Assembly: GCF_006345805.1 (NCBI RefSeq)
Contig: NC_043003.1
Coordinates: forward strand, 108,376,001 to 108,440,000
Length of the DNA: 64,000 nt
Reading direction: 5' to 3'
Source: Octopus sinensis
Taxonomy: Eukaryota
Shown: one piece after another, positions 1-11,976 of the stretch
Numbering within the stretch: the first letter of the stretch is position 1
Layout of the letters: each line of letters begins with the position of its first letter
Notes under the pieces: generated by a model
The model's database searches: none
The model's input: the letters and a program-made list of their open reading frames with translations, nothing else
Told to the model about the DNA's origin: nothing
Position numbers and translations under genes: made by a program

Positions 1-38
<38 letters not shown>

Positions 39-125
39 CAACGAAAATATAAAATCTACCACTTTTATGAGGGGAGATAAATTCTATCAGATATGCTGAA
101 AGCGCAACTCTTTTGTAAAACTTAT

Positions 126-506
126 TCAGCCTATCTTTATCAACCTGCTTACATCTTTCCTCTGAGGATTGGCAAAGTCATGCAGCAACTGTTCGCTCCT
201 GGCTTTTTTTCTTAGTCTCACCTCTCGCTGACCTATTGTCGCATTGGCAATTGTTGCAGCTTGTCCTTGTCTTGCATCCTTTAAGCAGTTTTCTCTTTGT
301 TTTTTTTTTGTTTGTTTGTTTTTTGTAGTCTTGGATCCTGTGGATTGCATTTTGCTGACGTAATTGTTCAAACCCTTTTTACTGTTCTTGTGACTCATTG
401 CTCTGCGTGCAGCAGCTTTCCTTCGGTCGTCTTCATGCTTTTGCTGTCGTTGTACAGGTGTCTCTAATAACCTTACTCTAGCTACCTGTACCTGTCTTTG
501 CTTCAC
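126..506 (-). mobile_element. Possible decayed Helitron Rep/Hel N-terminal charged-repeat region
   Basis: ORF has ETPVQRQQKHEDDRRKAAARRA and QREVRLRKK, resembling the ETPEQR..RL..DR N-terminal repeats of Helitron proteins. Resemblance only; no catalytic motif seen. Confidence 0.3.
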
Positions 507-652
507 TGTCGAATACTGATCATCAACACCTCCACCCCGTCCCGGAAACTTTTTTGAAAATCAAAATGGGGATTAAATGAAAAAATGCGTGAAAGTTACG
601 TGAATATCTTCACAAAAGTGATTAAAATAAATGGCGATTGTGGAACACCACG

Positions 653-736
<84 letters not shown>

Positions 737-1245
737 CATATAATATCAAACATCAGCGTCTCTTTCTCTCCCGCTTTCCCCCTCTCTATCTGCCGGCTTT
801 CTTTCATCTTCACTTATAGAACATGCATTCAATATCAAACATCAGCCTCTCTCTCTCCCACTACCCCTCTCTTTTTCAACTTCTATAGAAACTTGTTTCT
901 TTCTCTCTTCTCTCTGTCTTTTTCTCATTCTGTCTTTCTCTCTCTCACTCATATCCTCTCTCAACCTCTGTAATAGTTCCTCTTTTAGTCTATATCTGTT
1001 TCTTTCACTCTCTCTCTCTCTCTCTTTCTCTTCTTTTCTTACTCACACTATCTACATTTTCCCTATATCGAAAAACGTTGTGACGAATGAGATGGAGGAG
1101 AAGTAAAGAGCCACTTCCACACTTTGTTTTTCTGTTTCTTTCCCCCCCCCCTCCGTCATTGACATTATGCACAGACATACAGACACGCAGACATCTGCCA
1201 ATATATATATATATATGTATACATACATGTGTGTGTATGTATACA

Positions 1246-1296
<51 letters not shown>

Positions 1297-2019
1297 GCAT
1301 GTATATATATATAAACATACATATACTGTGTACACTTTGTTCTGTATGTGTGTGTTCGCCTGTGTATGCGCGCGCGTACAAAATGATTACATTGATACAA
1401 AACGTATTGAAACGGTGCTCGTATACTTTTCTACTCTTCCTTAACCGCATGAATATAGATCTTTGTTATAAAAACCATTCAAATTCTGGTTTTTCAATGA
1501 GATATTTGTCTTTGTACAAGTATACGTGTATGCATATCAGTGCCATGTTTCGAGTGAAATGCAATATATTTTAGTTCCAGGGGTCACTACGTGTGCAGCA
1601 TTTTTTTAATCTAACGAATCGATACTTTTGCTTGAACGCTGCATCGTTTTAGTTTTCTTCATATTATAGCTAAGGTAAAATAAAATTGTTATGAATGATA
1701 ATAGCTGTTTTTGTTAATAGCGACAGATATATAAGCTTTAATAACTGTGGGAAATGTCTATACAGTTCATTCCAAGCAACAGAAGTGCTTACATTTAACC
1801 ATCTACCTGCGAGATTAAATTTCAAGGTTTATCCAGAAGTGATATTATCAACCAAAAAAAAAAAAAAGAAGAATTAGCAATTTCTTCAAGGCACATTGCC
1901 TCAATAAACTTGACATATCTCAACGGAAAATAATTTTCAAACATGATTGTTCTCACCAAAAGATAGATTGATACATAAAATTTCCGCAGTTAAAGGTAAT
2001 GTCATTTCAGGTGGATACA

Positions 2020-2245
2020 TCTGACTTCTAAGCTAAAAGCGTTAAGAATGCTCTTACATGAAGTCAGAGGACCAAACCCATCCCCTTGCCTGGAACAGTC
2101 ACTTTAGTCACGTTAATCACGTTAGTCATATTTTTGTTACAGAGGAGTTTGTTCTCAGGCGAGGCCTATTACAGGATGATGGTCAGTGGGAAGCAACAAA
2201 GATGGAAACAATTGTTTCACAATTAACTTCCAAACTAACATTTCT
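2020..2245 (+). mobile_element. Helitron Rep/helicase fragment (pseudogene)
   Basis: Frameshifted translations LRMLLHEVRGP and EEFVLRRGLLQDDGQWEAT match the Helitron motifs YLRLLL.HVRGPTSF and C..RGLLEDD.EW. Confidence 0.65.
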
Positions 2246-2478
2246 TATTTCTTTACTACCCAAAAGGGGCTGCACACAGAGGCGACAAACAAGGACAGAA
2301 AAACGGATTAAGTCGATCATATCGACCCCAGTGCGTAACTGGTACTTATTTAATCGACCCCGAAAGGATGAAAGGCAAAGTCAACCTCGACGGAATTTGA
2401 ACTCAGAACGTAGCGACAGACGAAATACTGCTAAGCACTTCGCCCTTATGCTAACCTTTCTGCCAGCTCGCCGCCTTT
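2245..2478 (-). mobile_element. tRNA-derived SINE, family B (head aaggcggcgagctggcagaa...)
   Basis: Reverse complement carries A/B boxes (gagttcaaattcc) and the family body gtcgactttgcctttcatcctttcggggtcg. Many other copies occur in the window. Confidence 0.85.
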
Positions 2479-2559
2479 AACATTTTTTTTTTCTAACATT
2501 TATATTAATGAAAAACTCGATTGTCATCTCTTAAGGGTCTGTTGCAAAACTTTGAAAGA

Positions 2560-2945
2560 GACCTGTCCGATGATTGTAAGCATCGAGTACAAGAACATAA
2601 TCCGGAGGTTGTCCTTCAATAAAGCTGCCATTGCCATTGAAAACAAAGTTTTGGCAAAAGGGTAGAGATGGACAGCATAAGTATATTTTTTCTCACTCAG
2701 CCTCGCGACCAGAGTTGGTTTGTTTGCGTCTCCGTAGCAAGCGGTTCGCAGAAGAGACCTACGAAATAAGTAGAGAGACACAGAAAGAAGAAAGCAAAGG
2801 GATGTGACGGAAGAACTCTGGCCGAAATAAGATTAAGATTAATTAATGTAAAAAATAAATAAAGCTGAAGCAAATTAACACCAAATATATAGTGCGTGCG
2901 TATTTATTGGCTAAACTGGCAACATGACCATTCCTAGATACAACA
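2560..2945 (+). mobile_element. Decayed Penelope-like 3' end; same terminal family as the 25-kb palindrome
   Basis: 2790-2945 aligns to the arm at 25300-25440 (tgtgacg.aagaact.tggccgaaataagattaag...gaccattcc) and ends at (TA)n. Upstream broken reading ETC..KHRVQEH..KAAIA..RFAEETYEI is weakly GIY-YIG-like. Confidence 0.5.
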
Positions 2946-2990
<45 letters not shown>

Positions 2991-3000
<10 letters not shown>

Positions 3001-3370
3001 AACGGCAGTTTGTCTGTGCGTGTTTCTGTGTGTCTGTTTTCTCGTACCCTCACTCTGACCACGGCTTTCAACCGATTCTGATGAAACTTGACACACACAT
3101 AGCCCAATGTCATAATTCAAAACTAACGCAGCGAAAATTTTGAAAAGTTCCCCCAGTTCTGAAAAAAATCGATAAATTCGACATGGGGTCGAGAATCAGA
3201 AACCCAAACCACAGACCGTCTAGGGGACGCAACTCCACCTTTTTTAACTCTCAAAAAAAATTTACCATCATTTTTTTTCCATTTTTTGCTATTTTTTGGC
3301 TATAACTCTCTAAAAATGCTTTATAGTTATTTCCCTTACAAACCTGAGCAACGCCGGGCGATACTGCTAG
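2991..3370 (+). mobile_element. Non-autonomous Helitron-type element
   Basis: Ends with a GC-rich gcaacgccgggc motif followed by CTAG (3367-3370). Contains internal ttcaaccgattctgatgaaacttg typical of such elements and lies between (TA)n tracts. Confidence 0.7.
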
Positions 3371-3500
<130 letters not shown>

Positions 3501-3903
3501 TGGGAGATGAAAAGAGATGGAGAGAGAAGAAGCCTTATATTGTAATCAGAGATAACCTTGTCAAACGGTTATTAATATCAAAATTAGTGGATCGTGAACT
3601 ATTTTAAATGAATCAAGCTAACGACTTATTAGAATCTAAAATCCAAATATTATTTCTTTTATTTTATGCAATCAGCCGATTGTAACAAAAAAAGGTTCTA
3701 TATCAAAGTGATTACCATAAGCAGTTTCCACTGTATGTGTGTCTATGCATGTGTATGTGTGTGTGTATTTGTGTGAGTGTGTGAGTGTTTGCTTGCGTGC
3801 GTGTTCGCGCATGTGTGTGCGTGTATATACATACGTGTATATACATATGCATGTGTATGTATCAATATATGTGTGGTGTGTGCTTACATATATATATATG
3901 ATA

Positions 3904-3950
<47 letters not shown>

Positions 3951-4296
3951 CAAGGAACACACGAATCGATGTGTATAAGGAAAATAAAACGTATGTATGA
4001 CAGTGGATTGTTTATATGTGTGTGTGTGTGTGTGTGGATATATATATATATTTAGAGAGAGAGAGAGAGGAGAGAGGAGAGAGAAGGAGGAAGAGAGAGT
4101 GAGAAAAAGAGAAAGAAAGAGATGAAATCATGAAGAAAAGAATGAAACGGTAACAATTTTCAATTGAACGGGAAAATCCGTTGGACCCAATTTGCTAACG
4201 TCTCTGATTTGAAAAGAATTCCATTAAAGGCGAGAAAGAGACGCGGGTGACTGCAATAACTGGAAAAAAAGAAAGAAAAATGAGAGAAAAAAAGAA

Positions 4297-4320
4297 AATA
4301 GAATAATAATAATAATAATA

Positions 4321-4364
<44 letters not shown>

Positions 4365-5260
4365 TAATAATATAATAATAATAATGATAATAATAATAAT
4401 ATATAATAATAATAATGATAATAATAATAATAATAATATAATATAATAATAATATAATAATAATGATAAAATAATAATGATAATAATAAAAAATAATAAT
4501 AATAATGATATATATGATAATAATATAATAATGATAATAATAATAATATAATAATAATAGTATAATAATGATAATAATAATAATAATAGTAATAATAATG
4601 ATATAATAATATGATAATATAATAATGATAATAATAATAATGATAATAATAATATAATGATAATAATAATATATAATAGTAATAATAATGATAATAATAA
4701 TAATGATAATAATATATAATAATATAATAATATATAATAATAATGATAATATAATAATAATGATAATAATAATAATAATATGATAATAATAATAATAATA
4801 ATGATAATATAATGATAATAATAATAATAATGATAATAAATAATAATAATAAGAATAATGATAATATAAAATAATAATGATAATAATAATGATAATATAA
4901 TAATAAGATAATATATAATGATAATAATATAATAATAATGATAATAATAATATAATAATAATAATAATAATGATAATAATAATAATAATAATAATATGAT
5001 AATAATAATAATGTAATAATAATAATAATAATAATGATAAAATAATAATAATAATAAATAATAATATAATAGTAATAATATGATAAAAAATAATAATAAT
5101 ATGATAATAAATAAGTAAAATAATAAATAAAATAATAATAATAATAATAATAATAATGATATAAAATAATAGTAATAATAATGATAATAATAATACATAT
5201 GATAATAATAATAGTAATATAATGATAATAATAATAATATAATATAATATAATAATGATA

Positions 5261-5358
<98 letters not shown>
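4297..5358. repeat. Degenerate (AAT)n microsatellite field, about 1.06 kb
   Basis: Directly visible AAT array with GAT/AT interruptions; source of the spurious 400-aa ORF. Confidence 0.97.
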
Positions 5359-5580
5359 GATTGTCTTAACTGGTACTCACACGTATTGAGAAGAGCATTG
5401 TCGATGTGAGAACTGTTGCTGCTCATGTATTTTAATTTAACTTTAAAAATTTTTTTTTAAATGAACGAACTATTGAGTTTGGTTTAATGGCCTACCAATG
5501 TATACTATGAGTTTCTTTGCCCTAGGAGTCGGGAAGACACTCGGCAAGAAATGGAAGCAAATTTGAAAGAAGAAAAAAAA

Positions 5581-5581
<1 letters not shown>
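5359..5581 (+). mobile_element. Extremely 5'-truncated R4/Dong-like LINE 3' end within (AAT)n
   Basis: Reads VLTGT.HVLRRALSM*, homologous to ALLGTAHILRRTLSIQ* at the end of the 8821-11803 LINE. A 3' UTR follows, and (AAT)n flanks both sides. Confidence 0.65.
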
Positions 5582-5621
<40 letters not shown>

Positions 5622-5635
5622 TAATAATAATAATG

Positions 5636-5690
<55 letters not shown>

Positions 5691-5830
5691 TGATGATGAT
5701 GATGATGATGATAATAATAACAATAATAATAATAATAATTATAATAATTAATAATAATAATAATAATAATAACAACAACAACAACAACAACGACAACGGC
5801 AACAGTTACAACAACAACCTCAACTACAAC
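5582..5830. repeat. Compound (AAT)n/(GAT)n/(AAC)n microsatellite
   Basis: Directly visible. Confidence 0.95.
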
Positions 5831-5867
5831 CACAATAACAAATGCAAAAAATGCATACGTAAGGTTA

Positions 5868-6290
5868 AATATCGTGTGGGTCATAAAAATTACTGAATAA
5901 AGAACGTATGCGATTTAATTGTAAAAGAAATATCTATATTTAAAACGGGCTAAAAATGAAAATCGTGTAAAGGCGTTAACTATAAAATATATAAAGTTCT
6001 TCAGAGGGAATTATATGACGAAAATAACTGTAGAGAATATCGTGTGCGTAGGCCATAAAAATTATTGAATAAAGGAAGCATGCGATTAAATTGTAAAATA
6101 AACTATATTGAAAACAAAATATATTAAAACTGCAATTCGTATAAAGGCGTTCGTTTACAATGTAAAATATGTAAAGTTTTTATGAGAGAATCGTGAGAAA
6201 ATGTGTGTAGCAATGTTCGTTTGTGTGTGGAGGGTGAATATTTTCTTTTTATTAAATTTACAGGATTAAATATGCGCGCGATTAAATTGC
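5868..6290. repeat. Diverged tandem repeat, about 170-bp period, 2-2.5 copies
   Basis: aatatcgtgtg..cataaaaatta.tgaataaag..tgcgatt.aattgtaaaa recurs at about 5868 and 6036, and partly at about 6275. Confidence 0.6.
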
Positions 6291-6379
6291 AAGCAAAATT
6301 TAATAACGATGCATGTTCGTGTAAAGAAGATAAGCACATGGAAACATACGAAATATGAATTTCTGAGGATGCCAACAAA

Positions 6380-8200
6380 AACAATTATAGCAAAGTCAAA
6401 CTGATTATGGTGTTGCCGGTTAAGATTTGTAATGAGGGGAAAGATCTTTATTTAGAAACGTGTTCAAGAGAGAAGTAAAGTTCATATGTTAAGTTTAAAC
6501 CATAAGAATCCAAGAACAGAAGAGGCAATTTTTTAACAAAGATAAAGCTGACACCAAAACTTCGATCCGGAATTTCCATGACAGTGAAATGTAGCTCGAC
6601 TCAAGACTGACCAAATTATATAAACTACAACATCAGGTAGAATATAAGTGGTTCTACCTCCTCGGAAGCCAAATATATTTCAGAGCAGTTGCAAACGATC
6701 TTTCAGAGTTGATAAAAGAATGTCAGTGCTTATAAATTCGAATCTTTAAGTAATGTTCAGCTAATCTCGTATACAATTTCGGCTTTGTGTTATCACTCAA
6801 ATACTCTGTGTGGAGGCACATGACCTAGTGGTTAGAGAAGCGGACTCGCGGACGAGGGATCGCGGGTTTGAATCTCAGACCGGACGATGTGTGTGTTTAT
6901 GAGCGAAACACCTAAGCTCCACGCGGCTCCGGCAGAAGGTAATGGAAACTTCTGCTGACTCTTTCGCCACAATTTTCTCTCACTCTTTCCTCCTGCATCT
7001 AGCAGCTAACCTGCGACGGACCGGCGTCCTGTCCAGGTGGGGAACCTATACGCCAAGGAAACCGGGAAACCGGCCCTTATGAGCCAGGCATGGCTCGAGA
7101 AGGAACAAGCAACAAAAAACTCAAATACTCGAAAGCACTTCACCATTTAATTATCAAAAAAGGATAATTTTTGAAAAGAAACAGTTACAGGTAGGCACAC
7201 ACTTTTAGTTAATTGTTACTGCTAAACAATCATTTAACCATGTAACTTCTGGTGAAATTAGAAAACTTTTACATGTAAACCATTTTTAAATGATTTCATT
7301 TGAAGAATTTATGGTATTTGTGGTTCGTTGGAAAATAATAGAATATTAAATCAAGAAATTCTGTCATGTGTTAGTTTTCAAATTTACGCTGGATTATATT
7401 ATAAAATATTGCTGTTATTCTTATTAAAATATATCCAAACAGATATCTTCCTAGTGAATTCGCTGTACTCGAGGGAAGTGTTATATAGGAGGCACTTTTG
7501 AATATGGCCTCATTTGCGGATAAAGTTATGTACACCGACGAATGCTACAGAGTACGTTACGTAAAATACTAGACAGCTGATTCTTATTTATATAACACAA
7601 TTTGGCCACAGTAATATCTAATTTTTATCACATCCTTCTTAAGTCTACATTGTTCATGTCTAGTTATATTTCTCAGTGTTGCAAAGCCATCATCTCTATA
7701 CATACCTTTTCTAACAGAAGAGATTTTTTTTTTTTTCATGTAGAAGGTCGAAGATATCAATTCCGATAATATTATACAACTTAGTTCTATCATATGTACC
7801 AATAAAGATATCAAATAAACAACCAGTTTTCTTGATCTAAGTATAATTATTTTAAAATAGGAGGCTTTCTTCATGAGCATAAATATAAGAACATCTGACT
7901 CACTAATCAGAGTGATGACATTTGCGAAGTTCAAAGCTTAAAGAAACGACTTAATGATTGAGGAAAAAGAAGCTGGTGACGTGAAATATGGAATTTAAAA
8001 ATCGGTGTTTATGAAGTCATTCACAAACTTCTCAATCACAAATCAATAAAAGGAACGATATCGACTTTTCACTCTAAAATAATGTTTTCAGCTATTTACT
8101 TGCTAATTATTCTTAATTCAGGTTTTGCTAGGTTAATTAACCTACATTTGGGGTTACTAGCTGGTGGTCCTTAACCATAATGTATGGCACTTGTTGGGTA
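6380..8200 (-). pseudogene. Fossil Penelope-like retroelement (RT + GIY-YIG endonuclease)
   Basis: Minus-strand fragments in the expected order: ALNFA..IS, GMYRDDGF (PLE RT YRDD), LSANEAIFK, EFLDLI..FPTNHKYHKFF, CNC..LNGEVL, KLYTRLAEHYLKIRIYKH.HSF..ATALKYIW. Many stops and frameshifts; interrupted by the SINE at 6807-7118. Confidence 0.8.
6807..7118 (+). mobile_element. tRNA-derived SINE with 12-bp TSD
   Basis: A box tagtggttagag and B box gggtttgaatc; (CAA)-like tail; TSD ACTCAAATACTC at 6795-6806 and 7119-7130. Confidence 0.9.
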
Positions 8201-8681
8201 GGAGTAAGTATTCAGCGTTGTAATCTATATAAGTTTAGCGACGAGTTCCTTAGCTCTAAGATTGATAGATAAGTACGTGTCAACCAGGGTTGCCAATTTA
8301 GTATATTTTATGCGAGATCTAGCATTTGTTTTCAGCATTTAACAGAAAATTTTTGAATCCCGCATTTAGCAGGTAAAATAGCAGGTTTAAAATTTTGTTT
8401 AGCATTTATTTAGCATTTTTCTCTGATCATGACATTTCCACAATAGTTACCCTTTTTTCTTCTTTTTCCTCCTTTTCTACTTTCGTTAAAGTGTCTTACA
8501 ACCAAATTTTAGTACTATTGGCTATTGTTGAATTTTTCTTTCCCTTTCCTGAGACTTTAAATGAAAGTTTATCAAAAGGAGGTTTATCAATACAGTTCTA
8601 TATTTAAGAGATGAGGAATTACGTACATTATTTACATTATTTACATTCGACGGATATTTGTCCTCATCTTGTTTGCTGTTA

Positions 8682-8724
8682 ACACAATGTTTCAGCTGAT
8701 ATACCCTCCAGCTTTCTTCAGGGG
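8682..8724 (-). ncRNA. Degenerate hammerhead ribozyme motif (inverted tail copy)
   Basis: Reverse complement CTGAAGA-A-AGCTG/CAGCT-GAAACATT-GTGT. The stem I 5' strand is partly deleted and G16.2 is changed to A. Confidence 0.5.
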
Positions 8725-8760
8725 AAATTTGTAGTGGTTAAGAGCGCAGGCTACTAACCC

Positions 8761-8820
<60 letters not shown>

Positions 8821-11803
8821 CTAGCCGTCACTGAACTAGCCACTGAAACAAAAAAAAGTGATATCACTGAACTAAATGACTTGATATACGCAGCAGCCAC
8901 TGCAGCCACAAAAGAAGCTGGATACTCACCCAAACCCGCCCAAACAGGAGTACCACCACCCAAACAAACCCTGTGGATAAATAACATCCAAAACAAAATT
9001 AAAAAAATTAGAAAAGACCTGTCGATTCTTAATGAAATCAACAAACAAGCAACGCTACTGAGCAACAAAAAGAGAACAAAAATGCTCCGCAAATATAACA
9101 TCACAGAAAAAGATTTGCCGGAGATAAAAGAAAAGCTGAAGCAAGATATCCTTGCCAAAGCTCAAAGGATCCGCCGGTACGAGAAACGCCAACGCTTCTT
9201 TGAACAGAACAAAAAGTTCAACTCCGACCCCAAAAAGTTCTACCAAGAACTGGGCAAAAATAAAATAGAAGTCACTGCAGCACCAACAGCAGAAGAATTG
9301 GAAGAATTCTGGAAAGAAATATGATCGGCGAACGAACAGCCAAAAAAAAGGAGTATGAAAATAACAAACTCGGCATCTGAACAACTTTGGACCCCCATAA
9401 CAACTGAAGAGGTCACCCAGGCACTGCAAAAACTAAGCAACTGGAAGGCACCTGGGCATGACAAGATCCCCAACTTCTGGTTGAAATATCTAACAGGAAT
9501 GCACAAAAAGCTGGCTGAAAACTTTAACAGCATACTAGCAGAGCCAGAGACAATGCCTGAATGGCTCACGAAGGGGAAAACCATCTTAATTCCCAAATCA
9601 AATGAAACAACAAAACCAGAAAACTACAGACCAATAACCTGCCTCCCTACTATGTTCAAGGCATTTACTGCAGTGATATCGCAAAGGCTGAACAAGCACC
9701 TGGACGAAAACAAACTGTTCCCAGAAGAGCAGAAAGGATGCCGCAAGGGCTCATATGGCTGTAAAGATCAACTAATGATTAATAAAGCCGTAACTGAAGA
9801 TAGCCACAGAAAGAAGAAAGGCCTCAGTATGGCCTGGATTGACTACAAAAAGGCGTTTGATAGCATCCCCCACACATGGATCCTCGAAACACTAGCCATT
9901 AACAAAGTAGCACCAACAATCATAAAATTCATAGAGCACTCTATGAATAAATGGCAAACAGTCCTACACCTCCAAACAAAAGAGGGACTCATGAAAACCA
10001 AAGACATCCCCATTAGAAGAGGAATATTCCAGGGAGATACGCTCTCTCCACTCCTTTTCTGCTTGGCACTGTCACCTCTATCTGATATGCTAAATAGAAC
10101 TGGATGCGGATATAAATGTTACGGCAAAACGATCAGCCATCTTTTATATATGGATGACCTAAAACTATACGCTGCAAATGACAAACAGCTGGAAACACTA
10201 TTAAAGACAGTTCATGGATTTACCAAAGAAATAGATATGAAATTTGGATTAGAAAAATGCGCCAAGTAACCATGAAAAGAGGAAAACTAGTTAAGAGTAA
10301 CAACATCACACTAGATAAAGCAAATGAAATAAAAGAATTAGACCAAAGCCAAACTTACAAATACTTAGGAATCCATGAACTAGATAAGACACAACACACA
10401 CAAATGAAAGAGAAAATAAAAAAGAATATTATAGACGAGTTAGATCAATACTAAAAACAGAGCTCAATGCTAAAAACAAGATAATAGGTATCAACACTTT
10501 AGCTGTCCCAGTTATAAGTTACAGCTACAATATCCTTAACTGGACACGAAATGAACTGTCCAAAATAGATAGGAAAACAAGAAAAATACTGACAGGATCT
10601 AGGATGCATCACCCAAACTCTGACATAGAAAGACTATATATACAACGTATAGAAGGTGGTAGAGGCCTTATACAGCTGGAAAACTACTATAAAATAACCA
10701 CCATAGGACTGCAAAAATACCTACTTCAGAAGGAAGGAAAACTGATCCAGATAGCAGCAAAACACGAGCAAAACAAAAAACTGTTCTCAGTATTTAAGGA
10801 AGCTGACAAATACAAACAAGAAATCATACCACCTAATAAACACAAAGAAGAAGAAGAAGATGATGAAGAAACAACAAAAGCTATAAAAAAAATGAAATCC
10901 AAACTAAAAATAGAACAGCAACGAGCCATGATAAAACGATGGCAAGAAAAGCCCCTTCATGGTAAATACTGGACTAAACTAGACGCAAAAGAAATAGACA
11001 AAGACAAATCCCAGCAATGGTTGAGAAGCTCAGGACTCAAAGCAGAAACAGAGGGATTTTTAATTGCAGCACAAGACCAAAGCCTCCCCACCAGAAATTA
11101 CCAAAAACATGTAATGAAAAGAAATATTACAAGTAACTGCAGAATATGTGGAGATGGACAAGAAACAATAAATCATATTATCTCTAGCTGCCCAGTCCTG
11201 GCTAAGAAGGAATATATTCACAGACATGATAGAGTGGGAACCTACATACATTGGAAGCTATGCCAACATTATGGAATAACAACAGAAAAAAGATGGTATA
11301 GGCACACACCAGAAAAGGTCACAGAAAACGAGAAAGCAACCATACTCTGGGATATGCCGATGCACACAGATAGAGAAATTAAGGCCAACAGACCAGATAT
11401 AGTTGTCAGAGGTCATGAAGAAAAAAATGCTTTCTAATTGATGTATCAATACCGGTAGATGACAACGTGTCTCTAAAAGAAATGGAGAAACTCTCAAAAT
11501 ACAAAGACCTGGAAATAGAGGTAACTAGAATGTGGAACCTGAAAACAGAAACAATTCCTATCATAGTAGGTGCATTAGGCATGATAAAAAAATATTCAGA
11601 CAAATACATAACAAAAACACCAGGACTTACAAACACATATAACATACAGAAAATTGCACTACTAGGCACTGCACACATCCTACGCAGAACACTTTCCATA
11701 CAATAACCATCAGAGCATCACAACAAATCACAGCACATACCCAAGGCACACAGAGCTGCGCTCGGTAGTGAAGTGAAAGCACGCTATAAAAATAAAACTA
11801 CTG
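8821..11803 (+). mobile_element. R4/Dong-like non-LTR retrotransposon (RT + CCHC + restriction-like endonuclease), 5'-truncated, lightly disrupted
   Basis: RT motifs WIDYKKAFDS, GIFQGDTLSP, LLYMDDLK; CRICGDGQETINHIISSC knuckle; RHD..IHW, RPDIVV, KLSKYKDL, PIIVGALG. One stop and about four frameshifts. (AAT)n on both flanks (8761-8820, 11804-11913). Confidence 0.93.
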
Positions 11804-11825
11804 AATAATAATAATAATAATAATA

Positions 11826-11909
<84 letters not shown>

Positions 11910-11932
11910 TAATGTTCGAAATTTCCCCCAAG

Positions 11933-11976
11933 ACACCTGAAGAAGGCTGGAGGGTATATCAGCCGAAACGTTGTGC
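11933..11976 (+). ncRNA. Minimal type I hammerhead ribozyme motif
   Basis: Stem I ACAC/GTG(C), core CTGAAGA (11937-43), extra A, stem II GGCTG-gagggtatat-CAGCC, GAAA, loopless palindromic stem III (AACGTT), GUU triplet. Predicted cut after 11972. Confidence 0.72.

Noticed and set aside
3074-3090. CTGATGAAAC as a hammerhead core
   Set aside because: No stem II between CTGATGA and GAAAC; it is part of the Helitron-type body.
4224-5884. Long ORFs (400 aa and others) rich in I/L/Y/N
   Set aside because: Translations of (AAT)n microsatellite. The same applies to the many [12 protein letters not shown] ORFs over (TATG)n, (TA)n and (CA)n tracts throughout the window.
8731-8760. tRNA gene candidates (here, at 13455-13520 and other SINE heads)
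   Set aside because: A/B boxes are present but there is no closed acceptor stem, and the sequences continue into SINE bodies.
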